From an uncultured Candidatus Actinomarina sp. (lineage in GTDB: Bacteria > Actinomycetota > Acidimicrobiia > Actinomarinales > Actinomarinaceae): DNA of 45,477 bases. The notes under the pieces were generated by a model that saw nothing but the letters and a program-made list of their open reading frames with translations, had not been told where the DNA came from and searched no databases. Shown in pieces: positions 37,797 to 45,477 of this stretch; the stretch's first letter is position 1, and each line of letters starts with the position of its first letter. The translations under genes and the position numbers were made by a program. The stretch is from assembly GCA_902510965.1 (NCBI GenBank), contig CABXDM010000004.1:1-45477 (forward strand). Reading direction: 5' to 3'.

Positions 37797-38665
37797 TGGC
37801 AATACTCATAGATGAAAATTCAAAGGTGGTTGTTCAAGGAATAACTGGAAGAGAGGGTCAATTTCATGCTCTCAGAAATAGAGATTATGGAACAAAGATA
37901 GTCGCAGGAACTCGTCCTGGCAAAGGCGGAGAGCAAGTAGAGTCAATCCCTATATTTAATACAGTACAAGAAGCAATTGATGAAACAGGCGCAAATGTTG
38001 CTCTAACTTTCGTACCACCTGCTTTTGCAAAAGATGCTGTTCTTGAAGCTGCTTATGCAGACTGTCAGTTAATTGTTTGTATAACGGAAGGAATTCCTGC
38101 CAAAGATGAAGCTGAAATGTACAATCTAATTAAAAACAACACTAAATCTAAATTGCTTGGACCTAATTGTCCTGGTTTAATTTCTCCTGGAAAATCAAAC
38201 GTTGGTATTATGCCTCATGAAATTACACTTCCTGGAAACGTAGGAGTTGTATCTAGGTCAGGAACACTAACTTATCAAGCTGTACATGAATTAACTCAAT
38301 TAAATATCGGCCAATCAACATGTATTGGAATTGGTGGAGATCCAGTTCCAGGAATGTCATTTATAGATATTCTTAAAGAATATCAAGAAGATGAAGAAAC
38401 AAATGCCATAGTAATGATTGGTGAAATAGGAGGAACTGCTGAAGAGGAAGCGGCTGAGTATATTAAAAATAATATAACTAAGCCAGTAGTTTCATACATT
38501 GCAGGTGTAACAGCCCCTCCAGGTAAAAAAATGGGTCATGCGGGAGCAATTGTTTCTGGTAATAAAGGTACGGCAAAAGCCAAAATGGAAGCTTTAGAGG
38601 AAGCAGGAGTATTAGTTGTTAGCAATCCAACAAAGATTGGAAAAGCGGTAAAGGAAGTAATCTAA
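37796..38665 (+). CDS. sucD: Succinyl-CoA synthetase alpha subunit
   Basis: [26 protein letters not shown] (phospho-His). Confidence 0.98.
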   Translation: MAILIDENSKVVVQGITGREGQFHALRNRDYGTKIVAGTRPGKGGEQVESIPIFNTVQEAIDETGANVALTFVPPAFAKDAVLEAAYADCQLIVCITEGIPAKDEAEMYNLIKNNTKSKLLGPNCPGLISPGKSNVGIMPHEITLPGNVGVVSRSGTLTYQAVHELTQLNIGQSTCIGIGGDPVPGMSFIDILKEYQEDEETNAIVMIGEIGGTAEEEAAEYIKNNITKPVVSYIAGVTAPPGKKMGHAGAIVSGNKGTAKAKMEALEEAGVLVVSNPTKIGKAVKEVI

Positions 38666-39894
38666 TGGTTGAAAATTTGAATAGAAGCGAATTAAATATT
38701 GCAATTAATAAAACTAGAGAGTCTTTTGATACAGATAATCCAACGGTTCCATTTATAGAAGGTGATGGTATTGGAATAGATATATGGCCAGCATCACAAT
38801 CAGTTTTTGATGCAGTTGTAGAAAAAGCTTACAACGGTGAAAGAAAAATTAACTGGGTTGAAGTTTTAGCTGGGCAAAAAGCTTACGATACTGTATCAGA
38901 ATGGTTACCTAAAAAGACATTAGATACTTTTGATGAACATGGAGTGGGAATAAAAGGTCCTTTAACAACTCCAGTTGGAGAAGGTATAAGATCAATAAAT
39001 GTTGCAATAAGACAAGAACTGGACCTTTATGTATGCTTAAGGCCAATAAAGTACTTTAAGGGGATTGAAACACCAACGAAAAGTCCTCAAGACGTAGATA
39101 TTGTGCTCTTCAGAGAAAATACAGAAGATGTTTACTCAGGTAAAGAATTAGAAGAGGGCAGTGATGAAGTTTTAAAATTAAATAGCTTTCTTGAAGATGA
39201 ATTTGGTTGGAAAATTCGAAAAGATAGCGGAATAGGCATAAAGCCAATCTCCAACACTGGATCAGAAAGACTTATAAGAGCTGCTATCAATTTTGCTGCA
39301 GAAAATGGAAAGAAAAATCTAGCTATTGTTCATAAAGGCAACATTATGAAATTTACAGAGGGAGCTTTCAGAAAATGGGGCTATGAGTTAATAGAGCGAG
39401 AATTTTCAGATGTTGCTGTTTCGTGGGAGGATTCAAATGGTAATCCAGGTGATAAAATATTGGTGCAAGATGTTATAGCTGATGCTTTCTTACAGCAGAT
39501 ATTGATTAAACCCCAAGAATTTGACGTTATTGCAACTACCAACTTAAACGGAGACTATGCTTCCGATGCATTAGCAGCACAAATAGGGGGAATAGGTATA
39601 AGTCCAGGTGGGAATATTAATTATGAAAATGGGAAAGCAGTTTTTGAGGCAACACATGGTACAGCTCCAAAATATGCTGGAATGAATAAAGCAAATCCTG
39701 GCTCATTGATTCTATCAGGTGAAATGATGTTCAGGTATATGGGATGGAATGAAGCTGCAGACTTAATAATTACTAGCATGGAAAAGTCAATTCTCGAAGG
39801 AAATGTTACTTATGATCTTGCAAGAGGAAGAGAAGATGCAACTATTCTATCAACCTCTGAATTTGCAGATTCTCTTGTCCGAAACATACAATAA
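38665..39894 (+). CDS. icd: NADP-dependent isocitrate dehydrogenase (homodimeric, E. coli/Bacillus type)
   Basis: [61 protein letters not shown]. Confidence 0.97.
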   Translation: MVENLNRSELNIAINKTRESFDTDNPTVPFIEGDGIGIDIWPASQSVFDAVVEKAYNGERKINWVEVLAGQKAYDTVSEWLPKKTLDTFDEHGVGIKGPLTTPVGEGIRSINVAIRQELDLYVCLRPIKYFKGIETPTKSPQDVDIVLFRENTEDVYSGKELEEGSDEVLKLNSFLEDEFGWKIRKDSGIGIKPISNTGSERLIRAAINFAAENGKKNLAIVHKGNIMKFTEGAFRKWGYELIEREFSDVAVSWEDSNGNPGDKILVQDVIADAFLQQILIKPQEFDVIATTNLNGDYASDALAAQIGGIGISPGGNINYENGKAVFEATHGTAPKYAGMNKANPGSLILSGEMMFRYMGWNEAADLIITSMEKSILEGNVTYDLARGREDATILSTSEFADSLVRNIQ

Positions 39895-39912
39895 GATTAT
39901 TGAAAGGAAGTT

Positions 39913-40851
39913 GTGAAAAAAGTTACAGTAGTTGGCGCAGGTAAATATGGCTCGATGACCGCTTTACGGGTTGCAGAATACAATTTAGCAAGCGAAGTTG
40001 TAATGACAGATATAGTGGAGGGCTTGCCCCAGGGGCTTGCTTTAGACATAAATCAGTCAAGATTCGTTGAAAAATTTGATACAAAAGTTTCTGGTACCAA
40101 TGATTATAAAGAAACAGCTGAAAGTGATGTAGTTGTTATCACTGCAGGTTTGCCTCGAAAACCGGGGATGTCACGTATGGACCTACTAGAAGTAAATGCT
40201 GGAATTGTTACTGATGTTACTAAACAAATATTAGAGCATTCCGAAGATCCAATAATAATTGTAGTTACAAATCCTTTAGATCAGATGACAACTCTAACTG
40301 CTGAAGTTTCAAAACTCTCCAAAGGCAGAGTTATAGGTCAAGCGGGTATTCTTGACTCTTCTAGGTTTGCATACTTCATATCTGAAAAACTAAATGTTAA
40401 GATGAGTGACGTTTATGCTCTAACACTAGGTAGCCATGGTGAGACAATGGTCCCAGTACCGTCTCTTTGCACAGTTAGTGGTGAGCCACTAGTTGATATT
40501 TTATCTGAAAAAGATATTGATGAACTTGTGAAAAAAACTTCGGAAGGTGGAGCTGAAATAGTTGGGCTTCTCAAAACAGGAAGTGCTTATTTTGCTCCAG
40601 CATCCTCTGCAGCAACTATGGTAAAGTCAATAATCTCTGATTCAAATGAAGTTTTTCCAGTATGTGCATGGCTTGAAGGGGAGTATGGAATAAATGATGT
40701 TTATCTTGGAGTCCCTGCAAAACTTGGTAAAGGTGGAGTCACTGAAGTTGTAGAATATGACTTAACCACAACTGAGCTAGATGCATTAAGAGAAGCTTCA
40801 AAAGCGGTAAAAGACAAGGTTTCCGAGCTTAATAGCATAAATAGTCAATAA
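39913..40851 (+). CDS. mdh: Malate dehydrogenase (LDH-like)
   Basis: GAGKYG, TAGLPRKPGMSR.DL, VTNPLD, LDSSR, GSHG, LLKTGSAY. Confidence 0.96.
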   Translation: MKKVTVVGAGKYGSMTALRVAEYNLASEVVMTDIVEGLPQGLALDINQSRFVEKFDTKVSGTNDYKETAESDVVVITAGLPRKPGMSRMDLLEVNAGIVTDVTKQILEHSEDPIIIVVTNPLDQMTTLTAEVSKLSKGRVIGQAGILDSSRFAYFISEKLNVKMSDVYALTLGSHGETMVPVPSLCTVSGEPLVDILSEKDIDELVKKTSEGGAEIVGLLKTGSAYFAPASSAATMVKSIISDSNEVFPVCAWLEGEYGINDVYLGVPAKLGKGGVTEVVEYDLTTTELDALREASKAVKDKVSELNSINSQ

Positions 40852-40960
40852 AATCAGCCTTTTAATAAAAAAAGCCATTAATTATTGAATAATAAGATAA
40901 TTTATTTAAAAAAACTATAATTAGCATATAGTAAAACGCAATAAGAAAGGCAAAACAGCT

Positions 40961-41233
40961 ATGAATAAAGATCAATTAGCAAGCGTTGTAGCAGCAGAAG
41001 TAGGGTTGTCACAGACAGACGCTAAAGCAGCTGTGGAAGCAGTGTTTGGCGGAATAACAAACGGAATGAAAAATGGCGATAAAGTAAGTATTGCTGGTTT
41101 CGGACAGTTTGAATCAAGATACAGGGCTGCAAGACAAGGGAGAAATCCAGCGACAGGTGAAACAATCCAAATAGCTGCTAAAAATGCACCAGCATTTAAA
41201 GCTGCAAAAGGATTAAAAGATAGTCTAAACTAA
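40961..41233 (+). CDS. hup: HU DNA-binding protein
   Basis: MNKDQL, GFGQFE..RAARQGRNPATGE.I.I.A...PAFKA.K.LKD. Confidence 0.97.
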   Translation: MNKDQLASVVAAEVGLSQTDAKAAVEAVFGGITNGMKNGDKVSIAGFGQFESRYRAARQGRNPATGETIQIAAKNAPAFKAAKGLKDSLN

Positions 41234-41252
41234 GACATCTTAAAACCTTATT

Positions 41253-41283
41253 GAAAAGACGGCTTAGCCGTCTTTTCTTTTTT
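41253..41283. terminator. Intrinsic, probably bidirectional, terminator between hup and the convergent sdh operon
   Basis: GAAAAGACGGC-TTA-GCCGTCTTTTC inverted repeat followed by a T-run. Confidence 0.9.
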
Positions 41284-41572
41284 ATTTAAGTAAATCTAAG
41301 TTACCCTTAATTTTAATTTTTTCATCGAACATTAAGTCTTCTGGATGCTTTACATTATCCCTAAGCTCAAAGAAAGTTGATTCTTCCATCTTTATTGTTA
41401 AGTTTTCCACATTGTTTTCTGAATTTGTGTTCTCTTCGAGAGTCCCTAAATTTATATTCCAAACATTATCTTGAGACGTTATTTGTAGATATATCTTGTT
41501 TAGATTCTCTTTTTTATTTATGTTTAAATTTTGTGTAATAATTTCGAGATAGTTTATTATTTCTTTGTTCAA
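41282..41572 (-). CDS. SCP2 sterol/lipid-carrier-like domain protein
   Basis: C-terminal TIKMEESTFFEL....HPEDLMFDEKIKIKGNLDLL resembles the SCP2 pattern; TTG start overlaps the sdhB stop. Confidence 0.6.
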   Translation of the reverse strand: MNKEIINYLEIITQNLNINKKENLNKIYLQITSQDNVWNINLGTLEENTNSENNVENLTIKMEESTFFELRDNVKHPEDLMFDEKIKIKGNLDLLK

Positions 41573-42264
41573 TTATTTAGTAGAGTTTCTCTTTTAACAT
41601 CTTCAATTGCTTTTGTTACTTGTATGCCCCTTGGACATGCACTTGTACAGTTAAAAGCAGTACGGCATCTAAATGCTCCGTTAACATCTTTCATGATTTC
41701 TAGTCTTTGCTTAGATCCCTGGTCTCGTGAGTCCATTACGAATCTATGAGCATTAACAATTGCTGCTGGACCAATGTATGAGTCAGCAGTCCAAAAGACA
41801 GGACAGCTTGTAGTACAAGCAGCACAGAGAATGCATTTTGTTGTATCTTCAAATTTATCTCTATCTTCAGGTGATTGAAGTCTTTCTCTATCTCCTGGTT
41901 CATCATCATTGATTAAAAATGGCATAACCTTTTTGTAACTATCAAAAAATGGTTCCATATCTACTATTAAATCTTTTAATACGGGTAAGCCCCTTATTGG
42001 TTCGATTTTGATCGGATTGCTTACTTCCTTTACTAATACTTGGCAGGCAAGCATGTTTTCACCATTTACTACCATTGCATCCGAACCACATACGCCATGA
42101 GCACAAGACTTTCTGAATGAGAGCGATCCATCTTCAAACCATTTTATTTTGTGGAGTAAATCAAGGATTCTTTCCTCTGGTTCAGCATCAACTTTGTAAT
42201 ATTCCCAATGTCCCTTTTTATCATTCTCGGGGTCATATCTTAATATTTTTAAATCAATTTCCAT
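41569..42264 (-). CDS. sdhB: Succinate dehydrogenase iron-sulfur subunit
   Basis: SCAHGVCGSD, CILCAACTTSCP, CRTAFNCTSACP. Confidence 0.98.
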   Translation of the reverse strand: MEIDLKILRYDPENDKKGHWEYYKVDAEPEERILDLLHKIKWFEDGSLSFRKSCAHGVCGSDAMVVNGENMLACQVLVKEVSNPIKIEPIRGLPVLKDLIVDMEPFFDSYKKVMPFLINDDEPGDRERLQSPEDRDKFEDTTKCILCAACTTSCPVFWTADSYIGPAAIVNAHRFVMDSRDQGSKQRLEIMKDVNGAFRCRTAFNCTSACPRGIQVTKAIEDVKRETLLNN

Positions 42265-44006
42265 TAGTATTTTCTTTCCATTGGTTCATACTTTCCAAGT
42301 TCAACATCTTTATATTCTAGTTTTACAGAATCACCATTTTTAAATGCAAACGAGTGTTTCATAAACTTTGTGTCATCTCTATCTGGGTAATCTTCTCGTG
42401 AGTGAGCTCCTCTTGATTCTTTTCTTGCTAAAGCACTAGCTACAGTTGTATCGGCCATATCTAGTAAGTAATCAAGCTCAATTGCTTCAAGGAGTTCACT
42501 GTTGAATACCTTGCTCTTGTCTGAAATAGTAACATTTTTGTATCTTTCTCTTAAGTCAGAGAGAATTTCTGTTTGATTGTCTAAAGTCTCTTTAGATCTG
42601 AAAATTTTAGCATTTTCTTCCATAGAATCTTGTAGTTCTGATCTGATTTTAGCCACTGAAAATTCTGTAGTGTGTTCTTTTTCCATAAACCCAGAAATTT
42701 TGTTTGATAAATCATCTGCAGCTGATTCATTAAGAGGGGAGGCCTTAGTACTAGATACGTAATCAACCATACTTTGTCCAGCTCTTTTACCAAAAACAAC
42801 AATATCTAATAAAGAGTTAGTCCCTAAACGATTTGCTCCATGAACACTAACACAGGCAGCTTCACCTGCTGCATAGACTCCCTCAATGACGCCTCCTTTA
42901 TGATCACTAAGAACTCTACCATTAACATCAGTAGGGATACCTCCCATTGCATAGTGAGCTGTTGGTTGAACTGGAATAGGGTCATTTATTGGTTCTATCT
43001 TTACATACGTTCTAACAAAGTCTGTTATATCAGGAAGTTTTTTCATAATAGCTTCCTCACCTAAGTGGGTTAAGTCGAGGAATACATAGTCACTATTAGG
43101 ACCTGCACCGTTGCCTGCACTTATCTCGGTTGCTATTGCTCTTGAAACCATATCTCTTGGTGCTAAATCTTTAATAGAAGGTGCATATCTTTCCATAAAT
43201 CTTTCACCATCCTTGTTTCGAAGAATGCCTCCTTCACCTCTAGCAGCTTCAGATAGGAGTATTCCAAGTCTGTAGATTCCTGTCGGGTGAAATTGATAAA
43301 ATTCCATATCTTCAAGAGGAATACCTTTCTGATACAGCATGCCAGGTCCATCTCCAGTGAGAGAGTGTGCATTTGAGCTGACTTTGAAAATCTTACCAAA
43401 TCCACCGGTTGCAAATGTTACTGCTCTTGCTTCAAAAACGTGTAGATCACCAGTTGCGATTTCATATGCTACTACACCTTTACAAACACCGTCTTCAATT
43501 TTTATATCTAAAACTTGAAATTCATCAAAAAACTCGACACCCATAGACACGCATTTCTGATATAAAGTTTGGAGGATCATATGTCCTGTTCTGTCAGCTG
43601 CATAACATGCCCTAAAAGCAGGTGCAGCACCTTCTTTCACTGTATGACCACCAAATCTTCTTTGAGCAATCTTTCCGCTTTCTAATCTACTGAATGGGAG
43701 TCCCCAATGTTCTAATTCAACCACTGCATCAATAGCTTCTTTACATAAAATATCTACAGCTGGTTGGTCTGCTAAGTAATCAGAACCCTTTACTGTATCA
43801 AAAGCATGCCAATTCCAATTATCTTCTTCTACATTTGCTAAGGCTGCACTCATTCCACCTTGAGCTGCACCAGTATGAGATCTTGTAGGGTAGAGTTTGG
43901 TGATTACTGCAAGTTTCATTGTAGGTGCTGCTTCAATAGCAGCCCTAAGACCTGCTCCACCAGCTCCAACAATTATTCCATCAAAGGAATGTTTGACTAT
44001 CTTCAT
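42264..44006 (-). CDS. sdhA: Succinate dehydrogenase flavoprotein subunit
   Basis: GAGGAGLRAA, RSHTGAAQGG (covalent FAD His), QFHPTG, HYAMGG, HGANRLG, ESRGAH. Confidence 0.98.
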   Translation of the reverse strand: MKIVKHSFDGIIVGAGGAGLRAAIEAAPTMKLAVITKLYPTRSHTGAAQGGMSAALANVEEDNWNWHAFDTVKGSDYLADQPAVDILCKEAIDAVVELEHWGLPFSRLESGKIAQRRFGGHTVKEGAAPAFRACYAADRTGHMILQTLYQKCVSMGVEFFDEFQVLDIKIEDGVCKGVVAYEIATGDLHVFEARAVTFATGGFGKIFKVSSNAHSLTGDGPGMLYQKGIPLEDMEFYQFHPTGIYRLGILLSEAARGEGGILRNKDGERFMERYAPSIKDLAPRDMVSRAIATEISAGNGAGPNSDYVFLDLTHLGEEAIMKKLPDITDFVRTYVKIEPINDPIPVQPTAHYAMGGIPTDVNGRVLSDHKGGVIEGVYAAGEAACVSVHGANRLGTNSLLDIVVFGKRAGQSMVDYVSSTKASPLNESAADDLSNKISGFMEKEHTTEFSVAKIRSELQDSMEENAKIFRSKETLDNQTEILSDLRERYKNVTISDKSKVFNSELLEAIELDYLLDMADTTVASALARKESRGAHSREDYPDRDDTKFMKHSFAFKNGDSVKLEYKDVELGKYEPMERKY

Positions 44007-44398
44007 AATTTACTCACAAAAGCCACAATAACATAAGTTCCTAAAATAAAGAAAACAGTGCTTGTCACATAAAGTACTGATAATGAGAGTTTCCTAACAG
44101 TTTGATCCGATATATTGTCATGAAGGACTACCCTGAGTCCATTTGTACCATGAAGAAGACTTAAGGCTAAAAGTAACCAGTCAAAAGCTCGCCAATAAGG
44201 TGTATCCCATCTTGCAGCAACAAATTCATAATCAAGGTTAAGAGTATCATTGAATACATGCATAATGAACATATGTCCTACTGCCAGAAGTACAAGTAGT
44301 AGTCCACTGACTCTCATAAAAAACCATGCGTACAACTCGAAACTAGATCCTGCTAGAGGTGGCTGCCTTCGGCCCCAGTCTGTCCTTTGAGTTTTCAT
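44003..44398 (-). CDS. sdhD: Succinate dehydrogenase membrane anchor subunit
   Basis: FELYAWFFMRVSG, GH, HGTNGLR; actinobacterial SdhD pattern. Confidence 0.92.
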   Translation of the reverse strand: MKTQRTDWGRRQPPLAGSSFELYAWFFMRVSGLLLVLLAVGHMFIMHVFNDTLNLDYEFVAARWDTPYWRAFDWLLLALSLLHGTNGLRVVLHDNISDQTVRKLSLSVLYVTSTVFFILGTYVIVAFVSKL

Positions 44399-44402
44399 AT
44401 CC

Positions 44403-44858
44403 CTACTTCCAATCCGGAATAGGTCTTACAATACAATCAGTGACGGTGGTTCCTGGTGAACTTTTCTCTAAACATAAATCAAAATATGAATCTACCATTT
44501 TGTATGTAGAGGGAACAAAAACACCGATAAAAATTACTAAAGATATTACATTAAGCTGTTTTTGATAATCAGAACCTTTTCTCCATAGATCTACTGTAAT
44601 TATTCTAAGACCATTTATCGCATGTGCTAACACTGCTCCAAATAAGCCTATTTCAGCTACTCTAAAATAAAAATTCTTGTATATTGCTTCAGCACCCTCA
44701 TAAACCTCAGGTCCTAAAAGAATTAAAGCTGTTGATATGATATGCAGTAAAAGATATCCAAATAAAGCTACACCAGTAACTCTATGAAATATGTAGAGCC
44801 ACATGCTTGTCTTACCTTTGTAAATTCCTCCAGAGGAAACTAATTTTTGATTAGGCAT
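44403..44858 (-). CDS. sdhC: Succinate dehydrogenase cytochrome b556 subunit
   Basis: YKG...MW...HRVTG...YL..HI, HAINGLRI..VD.W. Confidence 0.93.
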   Translation of the reverse strand: MPNQKLVSSGGIYKGKTSMWLYIFHRVTGVALFGYLLLHIISTALILLGPEVYEGAEAIYKNFYFRVAEIGLFGAVLAHAINGLRIITVDLWRKGSDYQKQLNVISLVIFIGVFVPSTYKMVDSYFDLCLEKSSPGTTVTDCIVRPIPDWK

Positions 44859-44914
44859 TATTTAATTATCCTACATATCTAAAATTACGCTAAATTAAAT
44901 GAAGAATTAGCCCC

Positions 44915-44943
44915 TTGACAATTGTTGTAAAACTATATAGATT
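44915..44943 (+). promoter_or_regulatory. Sigma70-type promoter of whiB
   Basis: TTGACA (44915-44920), 17 nt spacer, TAGATT (44938-44943). Confidence 0.8.
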
Positions 44944-44957
44944 ACACACATGTAATT
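44940..44957. promoter_or_regulatory. Palindromic operator over the whiB -10/TSS (McdR/BldO-type)
   Basis: gATTACA-CACA-TGTAATT; fits AATnACAnnnnTGTnATT except at the first base. Confidence 0.7.
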
Positions 44958-44981
44958 TAGTTTTCTATATAAGGAGCAAGG

Positions 44982-45263
44982 GTGGAAAATTCAAAAATGG
45001 AAGATCTAATTGGAGGAATGCCTTCATGGACTGAGGAAGCAAACTGTAAGGGTGCAGACGCCGATATATTTTTCCCCGAGAGAGGTGCTTCAACAAGAAA
45101 AGCCAAGTCTATTTGTAGAGCCTGCAACGTCCAAGAAGATTGCCTAGAATTTGCCATAGAGCAATCTGAAAAGTTTGGTATATGGGGCGGACTCTCTGAA
45201 AGAGAACGGAGACGTATCAAAAGACAGAGAGTACAAAGTTTTGATATTAGGGAAGTTAGTTAA
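44982..45263 (+). CDS. whiB: WhiB-family Fe-S transcription factor (WhiB2/WhmD orthologue)
   Basis: W...ANC, FFPERGAST, CRAC.V...C, FGIWGGLSERERR; SD AAGGAG before the GTG. Confidence 0.96.
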   Translation: MENSKMEDLIGGMPSWTEEANCKGADADIFFPERGASTRKAKSICRACNVQEDCLEFAIEQSEKFGIWGGLSERERRRIKRQRVQSFDIREVS

Positions 45264-45477
45264 AAGCCAAAACTTTCTTTATATTCACTAAAGTCTCTCT
45301 CAACACCAATTTCATCACTTTTGATTATTTCAGTGATTACATTATTTTCATCAGTTATGTAAGAGTACCTTAAAGAAATACCAGCTTTTTCATGGAAGCA
45401 ACCAAATTTTTGTGACACTGCTCCATGAGGCCAAAAATCCGCAAGTATTGGAAACTCAATACCATAATGTGCAGCCC
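45260..45477 (-). CDS. ahpE: Peroxiredoxin, AhpE-like, C-terminal part (runs off the window; not in the ORF track)
   Basis: Hand translation AAHYGIEFPILADFWPHGAVSQKFGCFHEKAGISLRYSYITDENNVITEIIKSDEIGVERDFSEYKESFGF*; DFWPHG is typical of actinobacterial AhpE. Confidence 0.85.
   Translation of the reverse strand, partial: AAHYGIEFPILADFWPHGAVSQKFGCFHEKAGISLRYSYITDENNVITEIIKSDEIGVERDFSEYKESFGF

Overview
AT-rich, very densely packed chromosomal segment from a streamlined actinobacterium. The WhiB2, actinobacterial RpoA/SdhCD/AhpE signatures and low GC (about one-third by eye) suggest a marine Acidimicrobiia lineage such as Ca. Actinomarina; this assignment is inference. Gene order: end of the spc/alpha ribosomal cluster (secY to rplQ, truA, rplM-rpsI), glmM-glmS-alr-tsaE/B-rimI-tsaD, groES-groEL, a complete shikimate/Phe/Tyr cluster (aroH, aroF-tyrA-aroA-aroE-aroC-aroK-aroB-aroQ-pheA), a mixed region (S51 peptidase fusion, lipase, Nur-nikQO, thioredoxin-like protein, csaA and others), trpS-pcrA, TCA genes (sucCD-icd-mdh, sdhCDAB), HU, whiB2 and a partial ahpE. 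No mobile elements, CRISPR arrays, rRNA or tRNA genes were seen. The main signals lie outside the ORF track. (1) A complete glmS ribozyme has an apparent translational switch: the short 5' fragment that is cleaved off pairs with an RBS-sequestering hairpin and holds it open. (2) A Phe/Tyr leader-peptide attenuator precedes the aro operon. (3) An in-frame UGA forms a UxxC motif in a membrane thioredoxin-like protein, a candidate selenoprotein. (4) An S51 peptidase is fused to a CysRS-like C-terminal domain. (5) AroH carries a natural C75D/E78A active-site swap. (6) An unannotated, zinc-free L36 is present. (7) Nur-type and McdR/BldO-type operators and many leaderless promoters are visible.
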